Assembly (NCBI GenBank): GCA_003647765.1
Contig: QMNM01000001.1
Coordinates: 1 to 60,244 of the forward strand
DNA from: Candidatus Cloacimonadota bacterium
GTDB lineage: Bacteria > Cloacimonadota > Cloacimonadia > JGIOTU-2 > B8-G9
Direction of reading: 5' to 3'
Length of the DNA stretch: 60,244 nucleotides
Shown here: piece by piece, positions 41,043 to 50,028 of the stretch
Numbering within the stretch: position 1 is the first letter of the stretch
Layout: every line of letters begins with the position of its first letter
Notes under the pieces: model-generated
What the model was told of the DNA's origin: nothing
What the model saw: only the letters and a program-made list of their open reading frames with translations
Databases searched by the model: none
Made by a program: the position numbers and the translations under genes

Positions 41043-42521
41043 ATGGCGATAATCAAGTTAAATGTCTCTATAAAGAAGCCAGTAATAAATTGTTCTATTC
41101 AGAAGAAGGAAATTAAGTGCACTTTTAGGGAAGTGCTTTTTACTTATAATGAGGATTATGAAGTTGATTTTTTAGCGAATCATTTAGAAGGTGCGGGCAA
41201 CATAAAGATAACCGAAGATGAGCAGAATAAGAAAGTTATTATAGATGATACACATGATCATGATTCGCAGTATTTAAAGAAGGATGAGAAGGCTGTGGAT
41301 TCGTTCAAGCTGGACGGCAAGGATTCTTCCTATTACACTACTGCCCAGAATATAACTTATGATAATTCCACATCGGGGCTTTCTTCTACAAATGTCCAAG
41401 ATGCAATAGATGAATTAGATGATGCGTTGGACAATTTATCTACTGATGCAAAGGATATAAATTATGATAATTCTACATCAGGCTTATCTGCTACCAATGT
41501 TCAGGATGCTTTAGATGAGATAGACAATAATGTAGATTCGTTAGAGAGTGATGTAAGCAATTTGAATAATGAAGTGAGTGGTTTAAATAATGATGTAGGT
41601 AATTTAAGTAATGAAGTTAGCAATTTAAGCGATGAGTTTGATGCACATAAGGCAGATACCAATAATCCGCACAATGTAGTAGCGTCGCAGGTTTCCTACG
41701 ACAATACCACTTCAGGTTTAAGTGCGGGCAATGTTCAATCTGCTATTGATGAAGTAGTTTCGGATTTAATTTCTCATATAAATGATCAGAATAATCCGCA
41801 TAATGTAACAGCGTCCCAGATAGGGGGGCAGAATATTTTAAATGAGCTTTTGAATGTAGATGGTAGCGGGTCGGGTTTAGATGCTGACCTATTAGACGGT
41901 TTTCATGCGGATACCAATCCTGCTCCAAATACTATTATTCCTTTGAATAATGTAGGTATTTTGGATTTATCGGAGACTTCAGCTAAGATAAATGCTTATA
42001 CTATCAGAAGGGTGGATTTGACTGATGCAGAAGAAGATTATTTTCTGGAGGTTGGGGAGGAAGCATATATAGAATTTACAAACACAACAGAAGTTCCTTT
42101 GCATATAGCTACAAGTAGTGGTTCTTATTATGAGCTTGATTTACTTCCCACTAATGAAGGTAGTCAAAGTGGGGGAGGAGTAGCTCCTATTTTTCTCAAA
42201 CCTAACAACACAACCTATTCAAATGCTTTTAAGTTTGCTCAAATGTTCAGGAATAGAGATACACACAGTTCTTCTTATGAAACTTTTTCGGCTTTTAGAA
42301 TTGGTTTTAATTGGGCACATATAAGATGTTATATATGGAACACGACGCAATATAAATCTATAATTAGTTTAAATAATCTGTATGGAGGTGATCCTGATTA
42401 CCCTGGTTTAGTAATTGCAAGCACTAATTGGCGGAATACAACTACTCCCTGGACTTCTCTTGGGACAATAACTTTTCCACAACTATCGTCAGGAAAAATT
42501 CTTATAAGGAGAATTTTATAA
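41043..42521 (+). CDS. Tail fibre protein with internal repeats.
   Basis: There are three copies of YDN(S/T)TSGLS..NVQ.AIDE. NNPHNV.ASQ occurs twice. Confidence 0.7.
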   Translation: MAIIKLNVSIKKPVINCSIQKKEIKCTFREVLFTYNEDYEVDFLANHLEGAGNIKITEDEQNKKVIIDDTHDHDSQYLKKDEKAVDSFKLDGKDSSYYTTAQNITYDNSTSGLSSTNVQDAIDELDDALDNLSTDAKDINYDNSTSGLSATNVQDALDEIDNNVDSLESDVSNLNNEVSGLNNDVGNLSNEVSNLSDEFDAHKADTNNPHNVVASQVSYDNTTSGLSAGNVQSAIDEVVSDLISHINDQNNPHNVTASQIGGQNILNELLNVDGSGSGLDADLLDGFHADTNPAPNTIIPLNNVGILDLSETSAKINAYTIRRVDLTDAEEDYFLEVGEEAYIEFTNTTEVPLHIATSSGSYYELDLLPTNEGSQSGGGVAPIFLKPNNTTYSNAFKFAQMFRNRDTHSSSYETFSAFRIGFNWAHIRCYIWNTTQYKSIISLNNLYGGDPDYPGLVIASTNWRNTTTPWTSLGTITFPQLSSGKILIRRIL

Positions 42522-42592
42522 GGTTGGTATTTGTAGCTTTACTTGACACATATAAAAAGTTTCGTTAATAAATAAAATAAAGGAGGTCAGAT

Positions 42593-43426
42593 ATGCCTGA
42601 AAATGCAGTAAGGAAGGATGAAGATCAGTTTACACAACAGCAAGATGCTCAACAGCAGGATAGTCAGCAGGATATTCCTGATGAAGGGATGCAGGGAGAA
42701 CCGCAAGCTCCTGCTGTTGATTGGGAACATAAGTATAAAACCCTTCAAGGGAAGTATAATGCGGAGATAGGCAGGCTTCAGACTTCTCTGCGGGATCTTC
42801 AAGCGGAGAATGAAGCGTTGAAGACGGAGTTAAAGACTTTGAAAGAGATGATTGAAAAGAGGAATACGACTGAAGCGAATGAAGAAATGTTGCAGAATTT
42901 GAAGGAGACTTTTCCTGAAATATATGATGTTTTGAAGCAAATGAGTTCTAGGTTTGTAACCAGAGATGAGTTAGAGAGGATCAAGCAGGAAGTTGCTCAA
43001 GAGATTCAGCCTGTTATGAAGACCACATTTGAAGCTCAATTGACAGCTCTTGTTCCTGATTGGCAGGAGTTAAATTATGATCCAGATTTTATTAATTGGT
43101 TACAGCAGAAAGCTCCTTTTTCAACCAAGACTTTACATGAGTTGATGTTAGATGCTTATAATGCGGGCGACGCACAAGCGGTTGCCCAATTTTTTATAGA
43201 GTATAAGAATCAGAAGAAGCAGAAGTCCACTTTGCCCCCACAAAGCAATGTAAGTCCTGTGGGGAGACAAGTGGCGAGGACGACTACATCTCCCAGACTG
43301 ATAAAGCGGGAGGAGATTGTGAAGTTTTATAGGGATTGTGCGTTAGGTAGATATACTCCTGAAGAAAAGGCAAAGAAGGAGGAGGAGATCAGGAAGGCTA
43401 TTGAGGAGGGAAGGGTGATAGACTAA
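42593..43426 (+). CDS. Scaffolding protein candidate.
   Basis: Q/E-rich coiled-coil protein directly upstream of the capsid gene. Confidence 0.5.
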   Translation: MPENAVRKDEDQFTQQQDAQQQDSQQDIPDEGMQGEPQAPAVDWEHKYKTLQGKYNAEIGRLQTSLRDLQAENEALKTELKTLKEMIEKRNTTEANEEMLQNLKETFPEIYDVLKQMSSRFVTRDELERIKQEVAQEIQPVMKTTFEAQLTALVPDWQELNYDPDFINWLQQKAPFSTKTLHELMLDAYNAGDAQAVAQFFIEYKNQKKQKSTLPPQSNVSPVGRQVARTTTSPRLIKREEIVKFYRDCALGRYTPEEKAKKEEEIRKAIEEGRVID

Positions 43427-43447
43427 CTCTAACAGGGAGGTGTGGTC

Positions 43448-44371
43448 ATGCCAATACCAAGACTTCCGAATTATCCTGATTATAATGCAACCAAGAATAT
43501 TCCTGTAATATTTGCGGGGAAAACTCTTGAGAAATTTTATGCTGCTTCTACTGTGGCTAATATAGCCACAACTGATTATGTGGGGGAGATTAAGAATCAA
43601 GGAGACACTGTTTGGATCAGGACTGTTCCATCTATTACTATCAAGCCATATAAGAAAGGGCAGAGGTTAGAGCTGGAATATCCAGAATCTACATATGTAG
43701 AGTTTACTGTTAATCGTGCTAAATATTACAATTTTGCTCTTGATGATATTGATATTAAGCAGTTTGATTTGAATATGATGGATAAATATGCTCAAGATGC
43801 CAGTCAGCAGTTAAAGATTGTGTATGATAGGGAAGTATTTGGGACTATTTATGTGGATGTAGATGAGAATAATCGTGGTCCTAATGCAGGAAAGCAGACT
43901 CATGCGTTTAATTTAGGAGAGACTGGTTCTCCGCTTGAAGTAACGAAAAATAATATAATTGATCTTATAGTAGATATGGGAACTGTTCTTGATGAGCAGG
44001 ATAGGCCAAGAACTGATAGGTATATTGTTCTTCCTCCGAAGATTGCTGGTCTTATCAAGAAATCTGAATTGAAAGATGCATCTCTTACTGGAGATAGGCA
44101 GTCAGTATTGAGAAGTGGTCTTATAGGCAGGATAGATGATTTTGATATTTATATTTCTAATTTACTTCCTATTGTAGAAGATGGTGGGAGCAAGTGCACT
44201 TACATTTACTTTGGGCATAAATCTGCGTTAGTATTTGTAATGCAGTTAGTAAAGGAAGAAACCTATCGTCCACCTGATACTTTTGCGGAGGCAATGAAGG
44301 GGTTAGTTGTTTATGATTTTAAGGTATTACAGCCTGCAAGTTTAGGTGTTGCTTATGTTAAATTAGTATAA
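43448..44371 (+). CDS. Major capsid protein.
   Basis: Its position follows the scaffold gene and it is about 307 aa. The pattern GDTVWIRT...YYNFALDDIDIKQ...RYIVLPP...IGRIDDFDIYISN is typical of HK97-fold coat proteins. The ATG at 43448 has better SD spacing than the alternative. Confidence 0.75.
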   Translation: MPIPRLPNYPDYNATKNIPVIFAGKTLEKFYAASTVANIATTDYVGEIKNQGDTVWIRTVPSITIKPYKKGQRLELEYPESTYVEFTVNRAKYYNFALDDIDIKQFDLNMMDKYAQDASQQLKIVYDREVFGTIYVDVDENNRGPNAGKQTHAFNLGETGSPLEVTKNNIIDLIVDMGTVLDEQDRPRTDRYIVLPPKIAGLIKKSELKDASLTGDRQSVLRSGLIGRIDDFDIYISNLLPIVEDGGSKCTYIYFGHKSALVFVMQLVKEETYRPPDTFAEAMKGLVVYDFKVLQPASLGVAYVKLV

Positions 44372-44383
44372 GGAGGTAAACAA

Positions 44384-44818
44384 ATGGCAGTAATAGATGC
44401 ATTAAACGGATATGAAGCAGGAGTCCCATTCAGGACTTCTGGGGCATTATTTGTATTAGAGAACACTATTGATTTTGATGCTTTAAATGTAGCCAGTGGA
44501 GATGTTATTCAAGCTCTTCCTGTTGGTGCGGGCATGAGAGTTTTATTAGTAGAGACTGAGATAGTAACTCCTTCTGATGCTGGCACTTCTGCTACTGCTA
44601 CAATAGGAGATGGAGATGACGATGATGGTTTTGATGCTGATGTGGATTTAAAAGCGACAGCGGGCACAATTGTTTCTACTGGTTCTGGTGATGCTTATGC
44701 TGTATCTGGAAAGAGATATACTGAAGATGATACTATAGATATTATTCCTACTTGGAGTGGAGATGTTTCTGTAAAAGGTAAGGTGAAAATCAGGGCACTT
44801 GTTGCCAAGATGGGATAA
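44384..44818 (+). CDS. Capsid-associated (decoration-like) protein.
   Basis: It lies immediately after the major capsid gene and is followed by a terminator. Confidence 0.4.
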   Translation: MAVIDALNGYEAGVPFRTSGALFVLENTIDFDALNVASGDVIQALPVGAGMRVLLVETEIVTPSDAGTSATATIGDGDDDDGFDADVDLKATAGTIVSTGSGDAYAVSGKRYTEDDTIDIIPTWSGDVSVKGKVKIRALVAKMG

Positions 44819-44825
44819 TCAAGAA

Positions 44826-44847
44826 GGGGGCGGTTGCCCCCTTTTTT
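44826..44847 (+). terminator. Intrinsic terminator after the capsid genes.
   Basis: Stem GGGGGC, loop ggtt, stem GCCCCC, followed by T6. Confidence 0.8.
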
Positions 44848-44850
44848 AAT

Positions 44851-44864
44851 TGAAAACGTTTTCA
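44851..44864. promoter_or_regulatory. Palindrome, perfect copy, just after the capsid terminator.
   Basis: It ends 4 nt before AAGGAGG of the 44878 gene. Confidence 0.95.
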
Positions 44865-44877
44865 CTAAAAGGAGGCA

Positions 44878-45066
44878 ATGATGGCAAAGAAGAAAGATAT
44901 AATAGAATTAGTAGATCAGAAGGCAGAGAAGGAAGAAGTGAAGGTAAAGAAGGAAGAACCTGAACATCCTCCTTATCTTAAGCATGTTCCTACTGGAAGG
45001 ATTTATCCTTATCATCCGATTACAGCCCAGCGGGGGGATATGATTCCTTATTATAAGAAGGAGTAG
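44878..45066 (+). CDS. Hypothetical small protein.
   Basis: ORF after a palindrome copy and an AAGGAGG SD. Confidence 0.5.
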   Translation: MMAKKKDIIELVDQKAEKEEVKVKKEEPEHPPYLKHVPTGRIYPYHPITAQRGDMIPYYKKE

Positions 45067-45069
45067 TGA

Positions 45070-45687
45070 ATGACCCGACTTGAAGTATTGGATCAGGTGC
45101 GGAAGTTTTTATCAGATGAGAAAGCTCCTTATTTATGGAGTGATGATGAATTAAATTTTTATTATGATTTAGCTGTAAAGGAGTTTTGTAAGCATACAAG
45201 GATTTTTCTGAAGACGGTAGAGTATAGCACGGAGGCTGGGAAGTTTCTCTATGATTTTCCTTCATCTTTAATTGATATTGATTTTGTTTCTGTGGAAGGT
45301 AGGGATTTAGACAAGATTCCTTATGAGTTTATTTCTTCTCATAAAGGGATTTTAGGAGAGGTTAGATGGTTTTGTTTGGATTATCGTCCTGATAAAGTTT
45401 TATTGCATTATGCTCCAGAGTCGGATGGGATGAAGGTAGAGATAACAGGACCAGCAATTCCTGAAGGTGCGGAGATTGATTCTGCTGTTCCTGTGAAGTA
45501 TTCTCATTATTTAGTTGATGGAGTGATAGCCACTGCTTTTACGAAGACTGATACGGAGACGATTTCTCCGTTAGCTGAAAAGTATTTAGCGTTATGGATG
45601 GCTGATATTGAGAAGGTAAAGAGAGATTTAGAAAGGCAGTATCAGCATTATATTAACAGGACTATAATACCGAAAGGTTTGTTATAA
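45070..45687 (+). CDS. Head-tail adaptor candidate.
   Basis: Assigned from position and size only. Confidence 0.35.
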   Translation: MTRLEVLDQVRKFLSDEKAPYLWSDDELNFYYDLAVKEFCKHTRIFLKTVEYSTEAGKFLYDFPSSLIDIDFVSVEGRDLDKIPYEFISSHKGILGEVRWFCLDYRPDKVLLHYAPESDGMKVEITGPAIPEGAEIDSAVPVKYSHYLVDGVIATAFTKTDTETISPLAEKYLALWMADIEKVKRDLERQYQHYINRTIIPKGLL

Positions 45688-46409
45688 TGGCAAAGGCAGG
45701 AGCGGATTATAGAAGGGATTTATTAAAGGCTTTTGGTTTCAGGGGGGAAGCCAAACTTCCTCCCTATCATGTTTTTAATCAGCAAGAGCCTTATGTTCCT
45801 TCTCTTATAAATGGATTTATTACAGATGATTTTACCATAAAGAATCAGCCGATTTCTGGGCTTATTTTTGTAGGGGAAGCGAAAGTTCCTCCATTACATT
45901 TTACTTTCAGGGCATTAGCTCGTGAGTGGGAAGTGAGAGATAATGTTCTTATTTATTCCAAGCCTTTTGGGAAGTTAATTAAAGGAGATTTACATTTTCA
46001 GGATGAGAGTTTGAAGCCGATTATTTTTGATTCACTTATTAATGCTGTGAGTATTTCTCCCAGTGGAGAGACTCCACGCTGGGGTCTTTATATTTCTACT
46101 CATCAAGGAGTTTATGAATTAAAGTTTTCTGAAAGCAAACCTGTTGTATCAAGGGTTATAGATGCTCCTGCGTGTGGGAGTATTGGAGTATTTACTTTAG
46201 AGAAAAGCACTGAAGATTTAGTTGCGGGGACGCAGGTTTGTGTTATTCCGACCAAAGTTGGGATTTATCTTGCCACTTCTTCTGGGATTAAGATTTTGAC
46301 TCCGCAGGAATCTGATGTTTTGAAAGATATTGATTATGTGCATATTGCTTTAAAGAATGATGATTATGGGCAGTATCTTTTGTTTTTAGTTGCTCCATAT
46401 AAGCAATAA
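45687..46409 (+). CDS. Virion structural protein.
   Basis: Assigned from its position in the structural operon. Confidence 0.45.
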   Translation: MAKAGADYRRDLLKAFGFRGEAKLPPYHVFNQQEPYVPSLINGFITDDFTIKNQPISGLIFVGEAKVPPLHFTFRALAREWEVRDNVLIYSKPFGKLIKGDLHFQDESLKPIIFDSLINAVSISPSGETPRWGLYISTHQGVYELKFSESKPVVSRVIDAPACGSIGVFTLEKSTEDLVAGTQVCVIPTKVGIYLATSSGIKILTPQESDVLKDIDYVHIALKNDDYGQYLLFLVAPYKQ

Positions 46410-46411
46410 AT

Positions 46412-46425
46412 TGAAAACGTTTTCA
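46412..46425. promoter_or_regulatory. Palindrome, perfect copy, intergenic.
   Basis: It ends 5 nt before AGGGAGG of the 46443 gene. Confidence 0.95.
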
Positions 46426-46442
46426 ATTTTAGGGAGGTAGGT

Positions 46443-47243
46443 ATGGGAAATATAATGATTTCAACAGGGTTAGCTGGTGCTTTAGCAACAAAAGGTTCTC
46501 TAAAAGAGCTTTTAACTGATTTTGTGTTAGAGATATTTAGTGGTGCGATTCCTGCTTCTGCTGATGATGCAGAGAGCGGGACTAGGTTAGTAACCATTAC
46601 TACTGATGGGGAGGATTGGAGTCCTTCTAAAAAGCAGGTAGTTTCTTTTGATGTAACCAATGAAGGGGCTGAAGGGGATTCTGTTACTATAACCATAACT
46701 CCTGTTGTTCCATCTGGGAGCAATGAGGTTATTCAGTATAACAGGACTGCTGATGATGATACTACTTTAAAGGTTGCGTTAGGTATTGCAGAAGCGATAA
46801 ATGCGAATTCTAATTTAGTGGAAGCGGTAGCTTGTGGTTCGGGCACGGTAGTTGTATCCAGCAAGTATAAAGGAGATGGGTTTTCTTTGAATGTAGTGGC
46901 AAGTGGTTCTCTTGCTGTTTCTGATGTGCAGGAGGTTGTAGCGAATGTAAGGGGCAAGGGATTACATTTTGAGAGTCCGCAGACTGTTACTGCTGGGGTG
47001 TTAGAGAAAGCCAATGATGATGTATGGAAAGGGACTGTGGTAGCGACTGGGACAGCTTCTTATTTTCGTATAAAGGCTCATGATGATAATGGTGGTGCGG
47101 ATTCAAGCAAGTTAAGGATACAGGGCACTGTAGGCACTCTTTCAGATTCTCCATTGCAGATTTCAGGTTCTTCTACTTTAACTGCTGGCACTAGTGTAAC
47201 GATTGGGACTTTTTCAATAAGAATTCCGTTAAACAATGGTTAA
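46443..47243 (+). CDS. Virion structural protein that shares terminal domains with 49155..50006.
   Basis: IFSGAIPASADDAESGTRLVTIT and ASYFRIKAHDD...LRIQGTVGT. Confidence 0.5.
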   Translation: MGNIMISTGLAGALATKGSLKELLTDFVLEIFSGAIPASADDAESGTRLVTITTDGEDWSPSKKQVVSFDVTNEGAEGDSVTITITPVVPSGSNEVIQYNRTADDDTTLKVALGIAEAINANSNLVEAVACGSGTVVVSSKYKGDGFSLNVVASGSLAVSDVQEVVANVRGKGLHFESPQTVTAGVLEKANDDVWKGTVVATGTASYFRIKAHDDNGGADSSKLRIQGTVGTLSDSPLQISGSSTLTAGTSVTIGTFSIRIPLNNG

Positions 47244-49143
47244 GAAGATATTACAGGGGGATGTGTGGCACAAGTATGTTGGTCTTGCCCAGCATTTATT
47301 TAACAAGTTACCTGCTGGGCAGAAGAAGGTTTATCGTGTTGGTGATGCGGTAATAGAAGTATGCAAGAAGAATCCTAGTGATTATATTCGGATAAGGGTT
47401 TCGGAAGAACGGGGGAAGGATGTTGCTATTTTCGCTACTTTTCAATGGGATTTTGCTGGGGATGAAGACCATTTTAAGTTAGATTTAGCTTTTTGGAAGA
47501 TAGATAGTGCAGGGAATATTGACACGATTTGGGCTGACCAGTTTGACTGGTATAATGGATATATCAATGAGCCTTTATGTGGTCGCTTCGGAGTAATCAA
47601 TCCTTTATCCTTCTATTTATATTTTTATGACAATCTTTCTCATACAACCACTGATAAGGAGAATGTTAGGGTTTGTTATGATAGGTGGGGTAATGAGAAG
47701 CGTGTTTTTTGTGATAGAGAACATTCTTCTTATACCAGAGCGTATGTTTACAGGTTTGATTTAGATTATAAGAAGCTCTCCTTTTCGGCTAAAAAGATAA
47801 AGACTTATACGGATAGTAGTTATTATGAGTGGCAATGGATGCATCCTTATTGTGAGCAATATGATCCCAATGATTGGCATTGGGATGATTGGTTGAATGC
47901 GTGGTCTTATGCCAAGTTAGGGAATCGCATATTTGAGAAGAAGTGGAAGTCTGTTTTAGATATTTATCCTTTAGGAGATGATATAAAAGAGCTTTATCTG
48001 GAGCATCATTCAAAGGTTCAGTATTTTGATATTAATGATGTTCCTTATAATCCTGAAGGGCAGGCTAGTGAATATTGTCCTGCCAGTCGTTATACTCATT
48101 ATCCTAGATATACGCAACTTGAAGAAGCGTATAAGCGTGATCCCAGAGCCAGAGCGAGTGTGCATAATTCCCTAAAGTATAATGGTCATAGTATTACTTT
48201 AGAGAATACGAAAGTTCATTGTTGTATGCGTTTTTATTATACGGGGTTGTATTATGAAAGAGATATTCCCTGTTTTGGTGGGAGAGATGTTTCAAAGAAT
48301 CCCATAAATGCTTTTATTGTTAACGAATCGGATTTTGTGTGGTGTTATTATGAGAAAAGGGATATGAATCATTTTTATGTGGATTGTATTCGTAAGTCTT
48401 TGGGTTCTTATGATATTCCGCAGGAGTTATATGGTCCTTATACTTATGTTTCCTGTTATGATCCTTATCAGCCTGATGGGTTTTTGGGTGCGGGAGTTCC
48501 CTATTGTCATGTAGCCCAGCATCATGGGTATGTGAAAAGAGTAACTTTTCCTGCTTTATCTTTATTGACCAGAAACAGGATGGTTTTTACTGCGAATTTA
48601 AGGATAATCAGGGAGTTTTCTTATGCGGATAATGTATTTGATGTAGTTCCGCTGGACGAGATTTCTTTTTTTACAGACAAGCATGGGAATGATGCGTTAA
48701 TTTTTGATAGAATGGTTTTAATGTATCCTGATCCTGCTTTTGAGAAATCTGATCAGGAGCGGTATAAAGGTTTCCTAATAGTTGATGATGCGGATTATAG
48801 TTATTGTGGATTGGGTTTTTCTAATCCTATTTTTTTCAAAGGTCCTTATTTTCTTCCTTTTGTTCAGTTTAAGATAGAGGATGATACTATTTTTTATAAG
48901 CCAAAGAAGAAGGAACATTTTGGGCAGAGTTTATTGAATCCCACATATTGGGATTGTATAATTTTTCCTAGAATTCCAGATGCAGGGTTTTTTATAGGGA
49001 AGCAGGGTGCTCCTCCAGGGTTAAAGAGTGTTTTGTTGGGGGAGAGAGTTTTATTAGATGTTCAATACTTGCAAAAGTATAAAGACAAGTGGTATAAGAA
49101 TGGTGATGAATTAGAAGATTTTAATGAAAAACTTTTAGGATAA
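47236..49143 (+). CDS. Large tail structural protein.
   Basis: 635 aa, rich in W, Y and D. Assigned from position. Confidence 0.5.
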   Translation: MVKKILQGDVWHKYVGLAQHLFNKLPAGQKKVYRVGDAVIEVCKKNPSDYIRIRVSEERGKDVAIFATFQWDFAGDEDHFKLDLAFWKIDSAGNIDTIWADQFDWYNGYINEPLCGRFGVINPLSFYLYFYDNLSHTTTDKENVRVCYDRWGNEKRVFCDREHSSYTRAYVYRFDLDYKKLSFSAKKIKTYTDSSYYEWQWMHPYCEQYDPNDWHWDDWLNAWSYAKLGNRIFEKKWKSVLDIYPLGDDIKELYLEHHSKVQYFDINDVPYNPEGQASEYCPASRYTHYPRYTQLEEAYKRDPRARASVHNSLKYNGHSITLENTKVHCCMRFYYTGLYYERDIPCFGGRDVSKNPINAFIVNESDFVWCYYEKRDMNHFYVDCIRKSLGSYDIPQELYGPYTYVSCYDPYQPDGFLGAGVPYCHVAQHHGYVKRVTFPALSLLTRNRMVFTANLRIIREFSYADNVFDVVPLDEISFFTDKHGNDALIFDRMVLMYPDPAFEKSDQERYKGFLIVDDADYSYCGLGFSNPIFFKGPYFLPFVQFKIEDDTIFYKPKKKEHFGQSLLNPTYWDCIIFPRIPDAGFFIGKQGAPPGLKSVLLGERVLLDVQYLQKYKDKWYKNGDELEDFNEKLLG

Positions 49144-49154
49144 GGAGGTTTGTT

Positions 49155-50006
49155 ATGGCTTTCAGGTTTTCAACAGGGTTAAAGAACAAACTTTTAGGCA
49201 AGACTGTTGATATAATTGAGAATGGGTCTTTTAGTTCAGATGCATCTGGCTGGTCTGCTATTGATGCCACACTTCAGGCTGTTGAAGGTGGATATGAAGG
49301 TAAATGTTTACAGATTACTAACACGACTACTGCGAAAGGGTATGCATATCAAGGTAAGCCTGTAAAGATGGGGCATCGGTATATGCTGGAGTTATATCAT
49401 AAGAATGGGACTGCGAAGGGTAGGGTGAAGGTAGGACCAGACATAAATGATGGTTCTTATGTAGATCAGCAGTTAGATGATTCGGAGTGGACTCGTCATC
49501 TTTTTCTGATAGAAGTTCCTGATGATGTGAATACTATTTATATAACTCTTGTTGTGGATTCTGAAACTGCGAATGATACGACACTTTTTGATGAGATTAA
49601 GTGCACTTGGGAGGCTTCTTCTATTAAGGAGATTTTTAAGAATTCCAAGCTCATAATTTATTCAGGCACTCAACCTGATAGTCCTGATGAAGCTCCAGTA
49701 GGGACGAAGTTAGTGGAGATTACGAAGAATGCGAGTGGTAATTTTGATTTAGAGTTTGCGGAAGCGGAAGATGGTTCTATTGACAAAGTTCCAGTAGATA
49801 ACTGGTCTGGGTATGCTACTGCTGATGGAGATGCGGGCTGGTTTAGACTTATAACCAATGGAGATTCGGGGGTATATTCTGAAACAGATTGTCGTATAGA
49901 TGGGTCAGTGGGAACTGCGGATGCAGAGTTAATTATGGCGGATACACATATAACCAATGGGTCTATTCAGACGATTTCAGTGTTTAGGATAAGTATCAGT
50001 ATTTAG
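49155..50006 (+). CDS. Structural protein with a CBM-like central domain.
   Basis: IENGSFSSDASGWSA is a CBM_4_9-like start. IYSGTQPDSPDEAPVGTKLVEIT and AGWFRLITNGD...CRIDGSVGT are shared with 46443..47243. Confidence 0.5.
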   Translation: MAFRFSTGLKNKLLGKTVDIIENGSFSSDASGWSAIDATLQAVEGGYEGKCLQITNTTTAKGYAYQGKPVKMGHRYMLELYHKNGTAKGRVKVGPDINDGSYVDQQLDDSEWTRHLFLIEVPDDVNTIYITLVVDSETANDTTLFDEIKCTWEASSIKEIFKNSKLIIYSGTQPDSPDEAPVGTKLVEITKNASGNFDLEFAEAEDGSIDKVPVDNWSGYATADGDAGWFRLITNGDSGVYSETDCRIDGSVGTADAELIMADTHITNGSIQTISVFRISISI

Positions 50007-50028
50007 AATAAGTATAGGTATGTAAGCT

